The translations under genes and the position numbers were made by a program. From the NCBI RefSeq assembly GCF_947568905.1, contig NC_079167.1, positions 56,544,001 through 56,608,000 of the forward strand: DNA of 64,000 nucleotides, written 5' to 3'. The notes under the pieces were generated by a model that did no database searches, had not been told where the DNA came from, and worked only from the letters and a program-made list of their open reading frames with translations. The DNA is from Ostrea edulis (Eukaryota). Positions 63,417 to 64,000 of this stretch are shown one piece after another. Position 1 is the first letter of the stretch. Each line of letters opens with the position of its first letter.

Positions 63417-63910
63417 AAGCAAGGCTCTAAAGGTAACACATGTTTCAAATCAAACAATTATAAACAACAACACATCCCGTTTGCAATTATTAAAGACTGT
63501 TAAAACTAAACAAAATTAACCAATAAATTCAAAATGGTAAAAAAGTAAGTGCAAGTATATCATATATTCTTATTTGAAGAAACTCATGAACTCGTTCATC
63601 TATTTAGTCGTATTACTGTTTTTCTATTTGATGATTGGCTAAAAACTTTAATAATAATAATCGTATCATTCATTTTTAACTATCTGGGTGTTTGAATTAC
63701 AAATTGCATGTCAGTCTTGTATTTAAACACATTTTTGGCATTCAAAATTAAAACACAAATAACTGTAGAAGCAATTAATGAACAAAACAAAATGGCAGTG
63801 CCCATATGGTTCACAAAATTTTCATTGAACGTATGTAAAGATTATCTCTATTCATTTGCTGATTTTTTCATTTTTTCTTTAACATACATGTTACCTTTAG
63901 AGCCTTGCTC
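63417..63910. mobile_element. ~490-bp MITE with (G)AGCAAGGCTCTAAAGGTAAC TIRs (possibly Sola2-type)
   Basis: AGCAAGGCTCTAAAGGTAAC at 63418-63437 and GTTACCTTTAGAGCCTTGCTC at 63890-63910; flanks AGCG/GGCG match 3 of 4 as a putative 4-bp TSD. Confidence 0.6.
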
Positions 63911-64000
63911 GGCGAAAGGCCCATCCGACCTTTGCTCGGTATTATCCAGGACAAAGAAACAAAACAATACTGTTTTAAAATATTCACAAAATCTCTGGTG

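Overview
AT-rich eukaryotic genomic DNA with spliceosomal GT-AG introns. The repeat content (a ~166-bp HindIII-type satellite inside Helentron-like elements) points to an oyster such as Crassostrea/Magallana; this is an inference. Genes: (1) the last six coding exons of a class I histone deacetylase (HDAC1/2, Rpd3) on + at 116-1949. (2) A complete 20-exon peroxidasin gene on - at 9384-47816, reconstructed by hand with consistent splice phases: 4299 nt, 1432 aa, with signal peptide, LRRs, 4 Ig domains, heme peroxidase domain and VWC. (3) The 3' exons of an unidentified minus-strand gene at 57895-62042. The rest is dense with non-autonomous mobile DNA: satellite-carrying Helentrons, TA-, TTA- and TTAA-target MITEs (some nested) and minisatellites. 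The most striking non-genic signal is a family of ~370-bp miniature LTR elements (TG...CA LTRs, PBS-like and PPT motifs, one copy with a 4-bp TSD) whose LTRs contain a tRNA-derived Pol III promoter. It occurs at five places in peroxidasin introns, including tandem arrays that share LTRs. This matches the Helenus/Cassandra-type TRIM architecture rather than a SINE. No CRISPR array, rRNA, intact tRNA gene or transposase ORF was found.
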